From an uncultured delta proteobacterium (GTDB lineage: Bacteria > Desulfobacterota > Binatia > Binatales > Binataceae), in NCBI GenBank assembly GCA_963765675.1, contig CAVXXK010000006.1, positions 461,656 to 525,655 of the forward strand: a DNA stretch of 64,000 nucleotides. Direction: 5' to 3'. Within the stretch, counting starts at the first letter, position 1, and every line of letters begins with the position of its first letter. Below, piece by piece: positions 40,455 through 49,701 of this stretch. The position numbers were made by a program, and so were the translations under genes. The notes under the pieces are model-generated. The model did not search any database, was not told the origin of the DNA, and saw nothing but the letters and a program-made list of their open reading frames with translations.

Positions 40455-41366
40455 TCACGATAAGCGCCCGATCGCGGCACGAATCAGCGTTAGAGCCCCT
40501 TGCGTGATGAGAGAGGTCGCCGCCCCTTTTCCGGCGTCGCGAATCATTCCGCCAGCAACTGTTAACGCGCGCTTGACCTTGCCAGCATCAGGTGTCGGGG
40601 CCTCTGCCTCGGTCTCGATCACTTCGATCTCGCGCGCCAACCGACGACGTTCGGCTGCCGGAACCAACGCATCGAGGTTTTCACGGAGCTGCGCCGCAAG
40701 ACCCACCAATGCCTTCGGATCAATTCCTCCTGAGGCTCGCTGATTGATGATGACCCTTCCACCCTCAGTAACGTTACCGAGCACGTTCGATAAGTTCTGG
40801 ACGCCACCGTGGAAATTGTACTCGACGTTCCGCGCCATCTCTCTATCCTGTTTGGAGAAGCTAAGGCCCTCACCTACGACGCCCGCCTGTTCGAGTTCCA
40901 CGCTCCACCGTAAGACTTCGTTTCGGACGTGGCTGGGGATCCCCGACAATTCGCCCGTGTTGAGGAAGCACTTGACGTCAGCGCCAACCGCAGTGACGAG
41001 TTGCGCTTTGAGTTCCGGAGGCAGAATGAACTCCGCCTGACTCTCGGCTTTGGCTGTCCGCTCGATAACCCCTGCCGGATTAATTATTTGCCGTGGATCC
41101 AGCAGCTTTTTAACCTTCTTCACCTCTGACCAATGGATCGATTGCCACCCGTGGTATGGATTGTACGCGCGAAACTCGTTCTGAATGCGCCGGTACGCGG
41201 GAATTGCGTCAGACGGATCGTAGCCGTCGAGTTCCTTCTTAATCCATGCCGAGAATTCCGTCAGCCTAAGCTTTTGGGCGGCGACCCAAGCTTTCCGAAG
41301 CAGATCCTCGATGGGAATGGAGGGGTCGAGTGCATGTTGTTGAAGCTCTTCTATAAGCGACGACAT
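40455..41366 (-). CDS. AbiTii-like domain protein
   Basis: LIEELQ..ALD...I.DLLRKA...A.KL...EF..WI..EL.GY.....IP.YR, NPYHGW, I...VRN..L.W...LE..G..GEGLSFS. Confidence 0.75.
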   Translation of the reverse strand: MSSLIEELQQHALDPSIPIEDLLRKAWVAAQKLRLTEFSAWIKKELDGYDPSDAIPAYRRIQNEFRAYNPYHGWQSIHWSEVKKVKKLLDPRQIINPAGVIERTAKAESQAEFILPPELKAQLVTAVGADVKCFLNTGELSGIPSHVRNEVLRWSVELEQAGVVGEGLSFSKQDREMARNVEYNFHGGVQNLSNVLGNVTEGGRVIINQRASGGIDPKALVGLAAQLRENLDALVPAAERRRLAREIEVIETEAEAPTPDAGKVKRALTVAGGMIRDAGKGAATSLITQGALTLIRAAIGRLS

Positions 41367-41487
41367 CTGAATTGCGATCATAGCAGCCGCGCAGCAAATC
41401 CAGGAAGGTTACCGCGCGATGATTAATCGGACGATCGCGGCTTTCGACACGGTTTGCGGTGACCCGATACTGAAATCCGTCGGAAGA

Positions 41488-41564
41488 TGGCGCGCCCAGA
41501 GGGATTCGAACCCCCAACCCTCAGATCCGAAGTCTGATGCTCTGTCCAGTTGAGCTATGGGCGC
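41488..41564 (-). tRNA. tRNA-Arg(TCG)
   Basis: Reverse complement GCGCCCATAGCTCAACTGGACAGAGCA-TCAGA-CTTCGGA-TCTGA-GGGTTGGGGGTTCGAATCCCTCTGGGCGCGCCA. Confidence 0.94.
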
Positions 41565-41643
41565 CCTTCAATCGAGAAGAAGAATTTAGCATACCCGAGA
41601 CCCCGCGCCAGACCGCATAGAACAGCACCTCGGTTGCGCGGCA

Positions 41644-43032
41644 ATGCGGAGTAATCGTATTGGTGCGAATCTGAACCGGCCTCAAAAAGGGGAAGTCGCA
41701 CTGAGAACTCTCGAGAGATGGTTTCCGCTCGATCCGCCGATTACCGGGTTCCTGCGGGTCTTCGCCGTCGCCCTGGCGGCTCGGGTTCTTTATCTGCTGG
41801 TCTTCATCTGGATGCGCCCGAAGATTTGGGGAGCCACCGGATTCGATTTCTGGGAGATGGGAAATATCGCGATCAATCTCGCTCAGGGACGCGGCTTCAG
41901 CTCGCCTTTCTTCGCCGGAAATCAGCCGACCGCCTGGATGTGCCCGCTCGTTCCCGCTTTGTGGGCCGCCGTGATGAAGCTGCTCGGCGAGGCTTCCGGG
42001 CGAACCTACCGGGTGCTGGTCGTATTGCAAATCGTTCCGAGCGCCCTATCCGTCTCCCTCTATTGGCTCGTTGCTCGTTACCTGACTCGCCGCGTGCCTG
42101 ACCTTCCGTCATATACCGCGGCGCTCGTGGCAATCGTTTTCTGTTTCTGGCCGGAATCGCTGATGCGCTTTACTCTGATTTGGTATTTCGTCTGGCAGGA
42201 GCTGATCCTCGTCGCGCTGATTTGCGCGGGGCTATGGTGGTGCGACGAGCCGAATATCTATTCCGGTTCGACGCTCGGCGCGCTCGGCGGAGTGATGGCG
42301 TTGATCAACGTCACGCCCTTGCCGATTTTCGCCGTGGCGCTCGTGACTCCGCTTTTCGAGAACAAGTTTCGCCGCGCCACTATCATGCGAGCCGCGCTCG
42401 TTTCCGCAATCGTAGCGACGATTATCGTCGGTCCGTGGATCGTCCGGAATGCACTCAAGTTCGGACGCTTCGTTCCCATCCGCTCGAATGCGGCGTATGA
42501 ACTGTTTCAAGGCAACAATCGCAATGGGTCGATCTGCCAGCAGATAGATTCAGCGCATCCTACTCACGACCCGCACGAACTCGCGCTATACAAATCTCTC
42601 GGCGAGATTGGCTATGTGCGCTACTCGCGCGATCGAGCGTTCCAATATATCGAAACGCATCCGTACGAGACGGCCCTGCGCATCGCAGAGCGGATCTACG
42701 TCGCCTGGTGTACTGATATCTTCGAGCAATGGCCGTGGCAGCCCGGCAAACCGTACTCAGGGCAGGGATTCGTCGTTACCAACGTCTCGCTTCTCTCCGC
42801 GCTCGTCCCGTTGTGCATCGTAGTCTTTGGTTTGGCGACCAGCCGCCTGAGCGGTCTGCCGCATCCGATACTCTTCGTGAGTATATTCGTGTTTCTGCCG
42901 CTGCCGCATTACTTCACGATGGCGAATGAGCAGTACCTACAAACGCTCCGCTCGTGGCTGGCGTTGATGGCTATAATAGTTCTGATCCGGACGCTCTCCG
43001 GAAGTGCGCCACCGGATCGATCGCTAACCTAA
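41644..43032 (+). CDS. GT-C fold (ArnT/PMT-like) membrane glycosyltransferase
   Basis: E.GNIA.NL.QG.GFSSPF....PTAW..P, PWIVRN...FG.FVP.RSN...EL..GNN, multiple TM. Confidence 0.75.
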   Translation: MRSNRIGANLNRPQKGEVALRTLERWFPLDPPITGFLRVFAVALAARVLYLLVFIWMRPKIWGATGFDFWEMGNIAINLAQGRGFSSPFFAGNQPTAWMCPLVPALWAAVMKLLGEASGRTYRVLVVLQIVPSALSVSLYWLVARYLTRRVPDLPSYTAALVAIVFCFWPESLMRFTLIWYFVWQELILVALICAGLWWCDEPNIYSGSTLGALGGVMALINVTPLPIFAVALVTPLFENKFRRATIMRAALVSAIVATIIVGPWIVRNALKFGRFVPIRSNAAYELFQGNNRNGSICQQIDSAHPTHDPHELALYKSLGEIGYVRYSRDRAFQYIETHPYETALRIAERIYVAWCTDIFEQWPWQPGKPYSGQGFVVTNVSLLSALVPLCIVVFGLATSRLSGLPHPILFVSIFVFLPLPHYFTMANEQYLQTLRSWLALMAIIVLIRTLSGSAPPDRSLT

Positions 43033-43038
43033 CAGCGC

Positions 43039-44025
43039 TCAATCTGAATCGGCGGCGTTTTGCGCGACCGCGGTCCAGGTCGAATCAGGATTGTACTCCG
43101 TCATCGCAGAGGCGATCGAGTCGGTATCGGCGCCCAGATCTTTCTGATAAATCTGGCCGTCCTGGTTGACGACAAACGTCATCACTCCGGTCACTCGGTA
43201 GCTGACTGGATATGCGACAACTGCAAATCCTCCGGTCATCTGGCCGTTAACGATATAGTCTTTGGCCCCGCCCGGGGCGTCCGCACCCTGGCGCGTCAGC
43301 AGCCGATAAATGTACCCGTGGAACGGGCGCTGGGTCCGCGCGGTCTGATGCGAATAACCCTCTGCCGCCGCCTCCGCGACCAACGGACCAAGCGGACTCT
43401 CCGGCTTCTGCCCTGCGCTGACCTGCCAGTACAGCCCGTTCTGGGTGCCCGGCGTACTGCTGAACTTCTGCGTATACTGATGAACTGAGCTGCCGTCGTG
43501 AGCTTTTGCATAGTAATCATGCTCGGCTTCGGCGATCGCCTTGCAGACTCTGATTACCTTCAGCTCATTCCAGCCGATATTGCGATATAGTATTTCTTCC
43601 TTGCCGTATGCGGTGTCGAAATACCATTGATCGCCGCTTTTCTTGAGAGGAATCGGCGTCGGCCAATTGTCCTCGCCGATATAAAGAAACACTCGTCCGT
43701 CGCCGGCGGTGGTGAACTGATGCGATTGATCGTAGCGCTTGATGAAGTTGGCGCGATTGGTTTTATCCGTGACCGAATCACCAGAGGTAATCAGCGACTG
43801 CGCGGATGAGCCCAGAATTGCGAGCACCTGCTGATCGCTGTCATTTTTCATCGCTCCGTCCAGAGCTGCAGCCGCGTCCTGCGGAGAGCTGAACATCTTC
43901 TGGCCAGGATCCTGTGCGAAGACCGCCCGGCACGGACTGAGCCCGATCGCGAGACCGATCAACAGGAGTTTAAAAGCGAACCGCCCCACCGTGCGCTTTC
44001 GATTATCGTCTATTGCTTGAAGCAT
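43039..44025 (-). CDS. DUF2950 family exported protein
   Basis: F.SP.DA, G..WP.PIPL, W.FDT..G.EEI..R.IG.NE, GLYW, PFHGY.YR.L..QG..APGGA..Y, TGVMTF.VN.DG. Confidence 0.85.
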   Translation of the reverse strand: MLQAIDDNRKRTVGRFAFKLLLIGLAIGLSPCRAVFAQDPGQKMFSSPQDAAAALDGAMKNDSDQQVLAILGSSAQSLITSGDSVTDKTNRANFIKRYDQSHQFTTAGDGRVFLYIGEDNWPTPIPLKKSGDQWYFDTAYGKEEILYRNIGWNELKVIRVCKAIAEAEHDYYAKAHDGSSVHQYTQKFSSTPGTQNGLYWQVSAGQKPESPLGPLVAEAAAEGYSHQTARTQRPFHGYIYRLLTRQGADAPGGAKDYIVNGQMTGGFAVVAYPVSYRVTGVMTFVVNQDGQIYQKDLGADTDSIASAMTEYNPDSTWTAVAQNAADSD

Positions 44026-44123
44026 TGGTTTTATCCTGAAGTCGAAGAGCACCGTCGTACCCTATATCGGCACCCGCAATCTGACTACTCGATTGGCTAT
44101 TCGCGATACTCTGGTAAATCTCG

Positions 44124-44549
44124 CTACTCTGGTATTTCCAACGACGCGCAGCCATCAACGATGCTCGCCGCCGCCGTGTTCGCCACCGCGCCGTGTTCGC
44201 CACCGCCGCCGTGTGCAGCGCCACCACTGTGTCCTGCCGCCGCGTGTGAAACCGGCGCGCTGCGTCCGACCGGTGCGCCTCGGCCCCAGCTCGTCCTTCC
44301 GCGGCTGCTCGCGGCCCAGGTGTCGCGTCCTGGTGCGTAACCACCCCACGCACCCCGATAATATCCAGTCTCCGGATGCCCGCCCCATCCGCGATAGATA
44401 TAATCCGGGTACGCTCCCGAATAACCAGAATAAACAGGATACCCGCCGCCTCCGTAATATCCTCCGTCGGATCCGAAACAGCCCGCGACGAGAATCGAGA
44501 AGAGAACGGCGCAAAGGAATCGAAGTGTACGACTTGCGAGGAATTTCAT
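44124..44549 (-). CDS. Small Gly/Tyr-rich lipoprotein; likely true stop at 44155 after a (GGGGEH)n tail
   Basis: Lipobox VAGC; 18-nt GGCGGCGGTGGCGAACAC units, one missing a base. Confidence 0.6.
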   Translation of the reverse strand: MKFLASRTLRFLCAVLFSILVAGCFGSDGGYYGGGGYPVYSGYSGAYPDYIYRGWGGHPETGYYRGAWGGYAPGRDTWAASSRGRTSWGRGAPVGRSAPVSHAAAGHSGGAAHGGGGEHGAVANTAAASIVDGCASLEIPE

Positions 44550-44758
44550 ATTAGGCCGGCTTCAGAGGGAAATGCCCTTATTGATTTCCATCTGATCGAT
44601 TCTCAGCCCCATCCGAACAATCGTCAAGGTGTTTTCTGAGCGCCAAAATCTCGAAAAGTAACAGAAGGAACATTCCCTATGGCGCCGGCTCACCTAGGAG
44701 TAGATAGCTTTTCCAGCCGGGAGAAGATCGCTGTGCGAAAAGTGCTCCGCGCGAGTAG

Positions 44759-45592
44759 TCAGTGAGGTTTTTCGGCTCTATCCAGATCGGCAGAGGGATC
44801 GCGTGTCAGATCGCTCTTCAGAAATTCCGTGCTCTCCGGCAGCGCGACCTGGAAGTTACCCTCGCGCTGAAGCTGGATCCGCGCGCCGTCCGCGACGCAT
44901 CGCAGCAGATGCCCTCCGCGGCTGCGGTCGGCCGCGAGAAAGTGAAAGTGATACCCCGCGATGCTGAACGCCGCCGAATAAACCGGCGCCCAGAACCCGA
45001 CGATCGTTCCGCTCACGTCGCTGAACTCGAACTCCGCCTGATGGCTCGTCGCTTCCGCAAGCGGTACGCCCTCCGCCGATTTGCATGCCGCGCGCACCTG
45101 CAGATGATCGAAATGCGCGTCGATCCGGATCGCATAGAAAAGGTTGTTCGACCCTCGATGCTGGTCGATCGCTTCGCACAGCGCCGGCAAGTCTGAGGTC
45201 CCCGCGATCGAGATCAGGTCGTCGGCGGCAAAGCGCGTCACGACGGCGAAGGGACTCTGCGCCGTGTCTTCCGCTATTCGAACCGAGCCGTCACTGCGGA
45301 CCTGGTAAAATTTGCCGTCGAGCACGATCATCTCGCCGTCGAGATGCTCGAACGTCCCAAGCCCGAGATCGCCATGCTCCCGCAGCGTCGCGACCGTGAC
45401 CGCACCGTCGTAGATTCCCTGCACCAGCGCTCCCGAAGTAGAGACCTGGAACAGCGTGCGATGCTCGACCTCGAGATGGCTCGCGAGGGCCGCATTGACG
45501 ATATGCCTAATCGATTCTCCGGTCTCGTCGCGCCGTTTCTTAATCGCGCGCCACAGGCCTTCGGGCAAGTTGAGCTTTACTTCGTGATGCAT
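44759..45592 (-). CDS. budA: Alpha-acetolactate decarboxylase with N-terminal extension
   Basis: TLFQVST..AL..G.YDG, HGDLGLGTF..LDGEM, SPFA, N.FYAIRI, GYHFHF......GGH. Confidence 0.92.
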   Translation of the reverse strand: MHHEVKLNLPEGLWRAIKKRRDETGESIRHIVNAALASHLEVEHRTLFQVSTSGALVQGIYDGAVTVATLREHGDLGLGTFEHLDGEMIVLDGKFYQVRSDGSVRIAEDTAQSPFAVVTRFAADDLISIAGTSDLPALCEAIDQHRGSNNLFYAIRIDAHFDHLQVRAACKSAEGVPLAEATSHQAEFEFSDVSGTIVGFWAPVYSAAFSIAGYHFHFLAADRSRGGHLLRCVADGARIQLQREGNFQVALPESTEFLKSDLTRDPSADLDRAEKPH

Positions 45593-45642
45593 CGTACCGA
45601 TGCATATCACGAGAGCACGGAACGTAGGCATTCACAGAAGCA

Positions 45643-45753
45643 ACCACCAAGGCACCAAGGCGCCAAGGCAGTCACGAAGACACCAAGGCACCAAGAAAAA
45701 CTTTTCTTCTTTGTGTCTTTGTGTCTTCGTGGCCGCCTGGTGCCTTGGTGTTT
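45643..45753. repeat. 8-bp-unit palindromic element, copy 2
   Basis: Tandem CACCAAGG/CACGAAGA units followed by their reverse complements. Confidence 0.78.
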
Positions 45754-45780
45754 GGGTTTTATAAGCTCGAAGCCACTGGT

Positions 45781-45824
45781 TTGACTCGTTTCTGGAATTA
45801 TTCCAAAATGACTGACTGGTCAGT
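45781..45824 (+). promoter_or_regulatory. Putative promoter and TetR operator
   Basis: TTGACT-17-CAAAAT, then palindrome ACTGAC-TG-GTCAGT directly before the TetR ATG. Confidence 0.55.
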
Positions 45825-45826
45825 AT

Positions 45827-46492
45827 ATGAAGCGTGCAACTGCAGAAGCCCACACCGCCGCAACTCCGATACCGCCGCCGGCGCCCGCGACTCCACCCTC
45901 CAAGCGCGAGCGAATCCTCGCCTCGGGCCTGCGCCTGTTCGCCTACGAGCCTTACCAGGCCGTCACGATGGACCGGGTCGCCGACGCCGCCGGCGTCGCC
46001 AAGGGCACGCTCTACCTCTACTTCCAGTCCAAGGAAGACCTTTATCTCGAGATTCTGAGCGACGGCCTCGAGACGATCTCGCGCAACTACGCCTCGACCG
46101 TCGATCCCGCCGCGTCGGTGAAGGACCGGCTGCGCCACGCCGTCACGCTGACGATCCAGTTCTACAATGAGCGCCGCGACCTGCTGCGCCTCATCTATAC
46201 CGAGGAGCCGCGGATGGCGCAGGCGCGCAACCGCCTCATCCAGGGATGGCGCGATCGCGGCGTGCGCTTTTTCACCACGCTGATCGAGGAAGGGATGCAG
46301 ACGGGAGCGTTTCGTCCCGGCGATGCGCTGCTCGCGACCCACGCGGTTCTCGGCGGGATGCGCTCGGTGATGCTCTATTACGAGGCGCGCCGCCCGATCG
46401 ACGAGATCACCGCCGAGGTCGGCGAGATAGTCATGCACGCGCTCAGTATCGAGCCTCAATCCAATGGGCGGCGCCCAGGCCATACTCAGTAA
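45827..46492 (+). CDS. TetR/AcrR family regulator
   Basis: RERIL......F....Y..VTMD.VA..AGVAKGTLYLYF.SKEDL. Confidence 0.93.
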   Translation: MKRATAEAHTAATPIPPPAPATPPSKRERILASGLRLFAYEPYQAVTMDRVADAAGVAKGTLYLYFQSKEDLYLEILSDGLETISRNYASTVDPAASVKDRLRHAVTLTIQFYNERRDLLRLIYTEEPRMAQARNRLIQGWRDRGVRFFTTLIEEGMQTGAFRPGDALLATHAVLGGMRSVMLYYEARRPIDEITAEVGEIVMHALSIEPQSNGRRPGHTQ

Positions 46493-46499
46493 GCTCCAC

Positions 46500-47399
46500 A
46501 TGATTCGAAAAATTATCCGGCGAATCATCACGCTCGCGATCCTCGCCGCGCTCGGCTGGGGTTTCTATATTTTCGGCAGCCGCTACCTGTGGCCCGAAGT
46601 TGATATGACCAAAATCGCCGCGGTCGGGATGATCGAAGCGCCCGAGGTCAATATCACCAGCCGCATTCCCGGCCGTATCGCCAAGCTGACGCTGATCGAG
46701 GGCGATCAGGTGCACAAAGGCGACGTGGTCTGCGAAATCGAGGATATCGATCTGCGCAACCAGCTTGCGCAGGCGCGCGCGAGCCTCGAGAAGGCGCTGG
46801 CCGATCTCGCGCAGGCGCGGCGCGACTCGGCCCGCGACGACAAGCTCTTCGCCGAGCACATCATCCCCGCCAAGGATCACGACGACGCGAAGACCGCCGT
46901 CGATCAGGATCTCGCCGCAGTCTCCAACGCGCGCGCCAACGTCGATTTTTACCAGGACCAGCTCCGCGACACCAAAATTCTCGCGCCGGTTGACGGCGTG
47001 ATCGTCAGCAAGGCGCTCGAAGTCGGCGAATGGGTCACGCCCGGCACCCCGATCCTCACCGTCGACGATCTCTCGACCATCTGGGCGCGCGTCGATGTCG
47101 AAGAAACCGACTTGGGCTCGCTTTATATCGGCAAGCCGGCGCGCGTGCGGCTGCCCACCAATCCGCCGCTGGAATTCACCGGCCGCATCATCGCGATCGG
47201 ACAGGAAGGACAGTTTGCCACCGAGCACGACGTGCGCCGCGGCCGCCAGGATATCCGCACCTTCTATGTCAAAGTCCAGGTGCTCCAGGGCGGCGGCGAT
47301 TTGAAGCCCGGCATGACCGCCGAAGTGACGTTTCTACGCAATGATGGAACCCGGCTCAGCAGCAATTCAAACCGAAAATCTTACCAAGCGCTTCGGTAG
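46500..47399 (+). CDS. HlyD-family membrane fusion protein
   Basis: N-terminal TM, G.IEA.EV.I.S.I.GRI..L...EGD.V.KG, I.APVDG.I, LKPGM.AEV. Confidence 0.88.
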   Translation: MIRKIIRRIITLAILAALGWGFYIFGSRYLWPEVDMTKIAAVGMIEAPEVNITSRIPGRIAKLTLIEGDQVHKGDVVCEIEDIDLRNQLAQARASLEKALADLAQARRDSARDDKLFAEHIIPAKDHDDAKTAVDQDLAAVSNARANVDFYQDQLRDTKILAPVDGVIVSKALEVGEWVTPGTPILTVDDLSTIWARVDVEETDLGSLYIGKPARVRLPTNPPLEFTGRIIAIGQEGQFATEHDVRRGRQDIRTFYVKVQVLQGGGDLKPGMTAEVTFLRNDGTRLSSNSNRKSYQALR

Positions 47400-48351
47400 C
47401 TTCACCGCCGTCGAGAGCGTGAGCTTCGAGGTCAGCCGTGGCGAGGTCTTCGGCTTGCTCGGCCCCAATGGCGCGGGCAAGACCACGCTGGTCAGGATGC
47501 TGACGACGCTCATACCGCCCACCAGCGGAAAAGCGATCGTCGCCGGCGACGACGTCTCGCGTCATCCGCGCCGCGTGCGCCAGAAAATCGGCGTCATCCC
47601 GCAGGCGCTCACCTCTGATCTCGATCTCACCGGATGGGAAAATATCGACATCTACGGCGCCTTCTACGGCGTCCCGCGCGCGCAGCGTCACACCCGCGCC
47701 AAACGCCTGCTCGATATGGTCAAGCTGACCGAGCGCGCGCACGACCTCGTCGCGACCTACTCGGGCGGGATGCGCCGGCGGCTCGAAATCGCGCGCGGAC
47801 TTATCCATTCGCCCGAAGTCCTGTTCCTCGACGAGCCGACGATCGGACTCGATCCGCAAAGCCGCCGCGCCGTCTGGGATCTCCTGGGCGAGCTGCGCAA
47901 CGAGAGCGAGATCACCGTCTCGCTGACGACTCACTACATGGACGAGGCCGAGCAGCTATGCGACCGGATCGCGATCGTCGATCACGGCAAGGTGATCGCG
48001 CTCGACACTCCGATCGGGCTCAAGAAGCTCGTCAACGGCGCCGACCGCGTCGAGATCGAGGTCGATGGCGACGCGGCGGCGGTCGCGGCTGCGTTGCGTG
48101 TCGAGAGCTTCGCGCAGGAGGTGATCGACGACGGCGGCGGCAAGCTGATTATCGCCACCGACGACGGCGCGCATATAATCCCGCGCCTGATCGATCGCGT
48201 TGAAGCGACCGGCTCGCACGTCACCTCGATCAGCGTGCACAAGCTCTCGCTCGAAGACGTCTTCATCCGCTTCACCGGCCGCACCCTGCGCGACGAAGCC
48301 GCCAAGAAAGTCAGCTTCCTCGTCGGAGCCGGGATGCCGCAGCAGCGTTGA
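47341..48351 (+). CDS. ABC-2 (DrrA-like) ATP-binding protein
   Basis: GPNGAGKT, YSGGMRRRLEIA, LDEPTIGLDP, TTHYMDEAE. Confidence 0.93.
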   Translation: MMEPGSAAIQTENLTKRFGSFTAVESVSFEVSRGEVFGLLGPNGAGKTTLVRMLTTLIPPTSGKAIVAGDDVSRHPRRVRQKIGVIPQALTSDLDLTGWENIDIYGAFYGVPRAQRHTRAKRLLDMVKLTERAHDLVATYSGGMRRRLEIARGLIHSPEVLFLDEPTIGLDPQSRRAVWDLLGELRNESEITVSLTTHYMDEAEQLCDRIAIVDHGKVIALDTPIGLKKLVNGADRVEIEVDGDAAAVAAALRVESFAQEVIDDGGGKLIIATDDGAHIIPRLIDRVEATGSHVTSISVHKLSLEDVFIRFTGRTLRDEAAKKVSFLVGAGMPQQR

Positions 48352-48361
48352 CGCGGTCATC

Positions 48362-49477
48362 ATGAAAACTTTCGCGATCATGCGCCGCGACCTGCTGAAG
48401 CTGATGCGCAATCCGCTGACGCTCCTCTCTACCATCCTGATGCCGATCATCTACCTCGTGATTATCGGCAACTCGTTCCAGGGCCAGCTAAAGCATCTGC
48501 CGGTCGCCGTCGTCGCGCAGGATCACGGCGAATACTCGCGCCGCGTGGTCGAGCAGATGCTCGCGCTGCAGGCAGGGCCCAAGACCCTCGAGCTGACCTT
48601 CATGAGCGATCCCGGCGCCGCGATCGCCGACGTCCGCGACGGCGAGTTCAAGGGCGCTGTGATTATCCCGCCCAACTTCAGCCACGACGTCGCCGAGGGC
48701 CGTATCGCGGAAATCGGCCTGTTCACAGACAACGTCGATTCGGTCAGCGACGCCACCCTCGAGCAGGTGATGTCCGACGCCGCCGCCGCGGTCAAAATAA
48801 ATTTCGTCACCGCGCGCGAGCCCAAGCTCAACCAGATCGTGCTCCGCCCGAGCTGGCTCTTCCAGTACGTCGATTACGACCGCTCGCTGATTCCCGGCGT
48901 GATCGTGATGGCGATCTTCATGGGCTCGCTGATGGCGGGGGTCTTCAACTGGGTGATGGACAAATTCATGGGCGTGACCGAATGCTATCTGGTCACGCCT
49001 CTGTCGCGATGGAATATCGCGGCGGGAATTTTAGGCAGCGGCGTGACTGTCACCAGTATCGCCGCGATCCTGGTCTTGTTCCTGGGATTACTAATCACGC
49101 GCGGAACGATCGCCGGCGGCCTGCCCGCCCTGCTGACGCTGATCGGAATCATAATAATCAGCTCGACCGGCCTGTTGGCGATGACGTTCTCCCTGCTCGG
49201 CCGCGCGGGCCATCCGCGCCTGGTAGGCACCTTCGCCGGTTTCCTGAACGTGATTCTCTTTTTCCCGAGCGGCGCGATCTATCCGATCGAGAGCTTCCCG
49301 CCATGGCTCAAAGCCTTCGCCCGCTACAACCCGGAAACTCATTCGGTAAGCGCGATCAAATCGATCCTGTTCAAAGGCGCCGACTTCGCCGCCGTAACCA
49401 ACGACGTAGTGTTTCTCCTAATCTTCATGGGCCTGATGCTCACCCTCGCCAGCATCTCCTTCAAACGCACCTTGTAA
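48362..49477 (+). CDS. ABC-2 type permease
   Basis: N-terminal TM, periplasmic domain, further TMs, FFPSGAIYPIESFP.WL....NP. Confidence 0.9.
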   Translation: MKTFAIMRRDLLKLMRNPLTLLSTILMPIIYLVIIGNSFQGQLKHLPVAVVAQDHGEYSRRVVEQMLALQAGPKTLELTFMSDPGAAIADVRDGEFKGAVIIPPNFSHDVAEGRIAEIGLFTDNVDSVSDATLEQVMSDAAAAVKINFVTAREPKLNQIVLRPSWLFQYVDYDRSLIPGVIVMAIFMGSLMAGVFNWVMDKFMGVTECYLVTPLSRWNIAAGILGSGVTVTSIAAILVLFLGLLITRGTIAGGLPALLTLIGIIIISSTGLLAMTFSLLGRAGHPRLVGTFAGFLNVILFFPSGAIYPIESFPPWLKAFARYNPETHSVSAIKSILFKGADFAAVTNDVVFLLIFMGLMLTLASISFKRTL

Positions 49478-49494
49478 TATCCGCGAGCACGTAT

Positions 49495-49661
49495 GTCTGA
49501 TCCCTCGCCCTGAAAGGGAGAGGTAAGGTGAGGGTCTGAATTCAGGCGCGGCGCGAAGCGACGCGCGATTCAAAGGAAAAGAAACTATAGTCGCGCAGTT
49601 GCGCGACTCAAGATTAAAGGTCCCTCACCTAACCTCTGCCATAGCGGGCGAGGGATCAGAC
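49495..49661. mobile_element. REPIN/MITE-like element (inverted pair of CCCTC/GGGAGAGG REPs)
   Basis: 16-bp perfect terminal inverted repeat GTCTGATCCCTCGCCC/GGGCGAGGGATCAGAC; homologous copy at 55163-55338. Confidence 0.72.
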
Positions 49662-49701
49662 GTTGACAACGGCTGTCGCGCGCCCGTGCGATAATGCCGC
49701 G

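Noticed and set aside
38931-41487. Intact integrative element at tRNA-Arg(TCG)
   Set aside because: No integrase, and no duplicated tRNA 3' end found by eye; called an islet only
45643-45753. Possible CRISPR array from short repeated units
   Set aside because: Units are 8 bp, tandem and inverted, with no unique spacers and no cas genes
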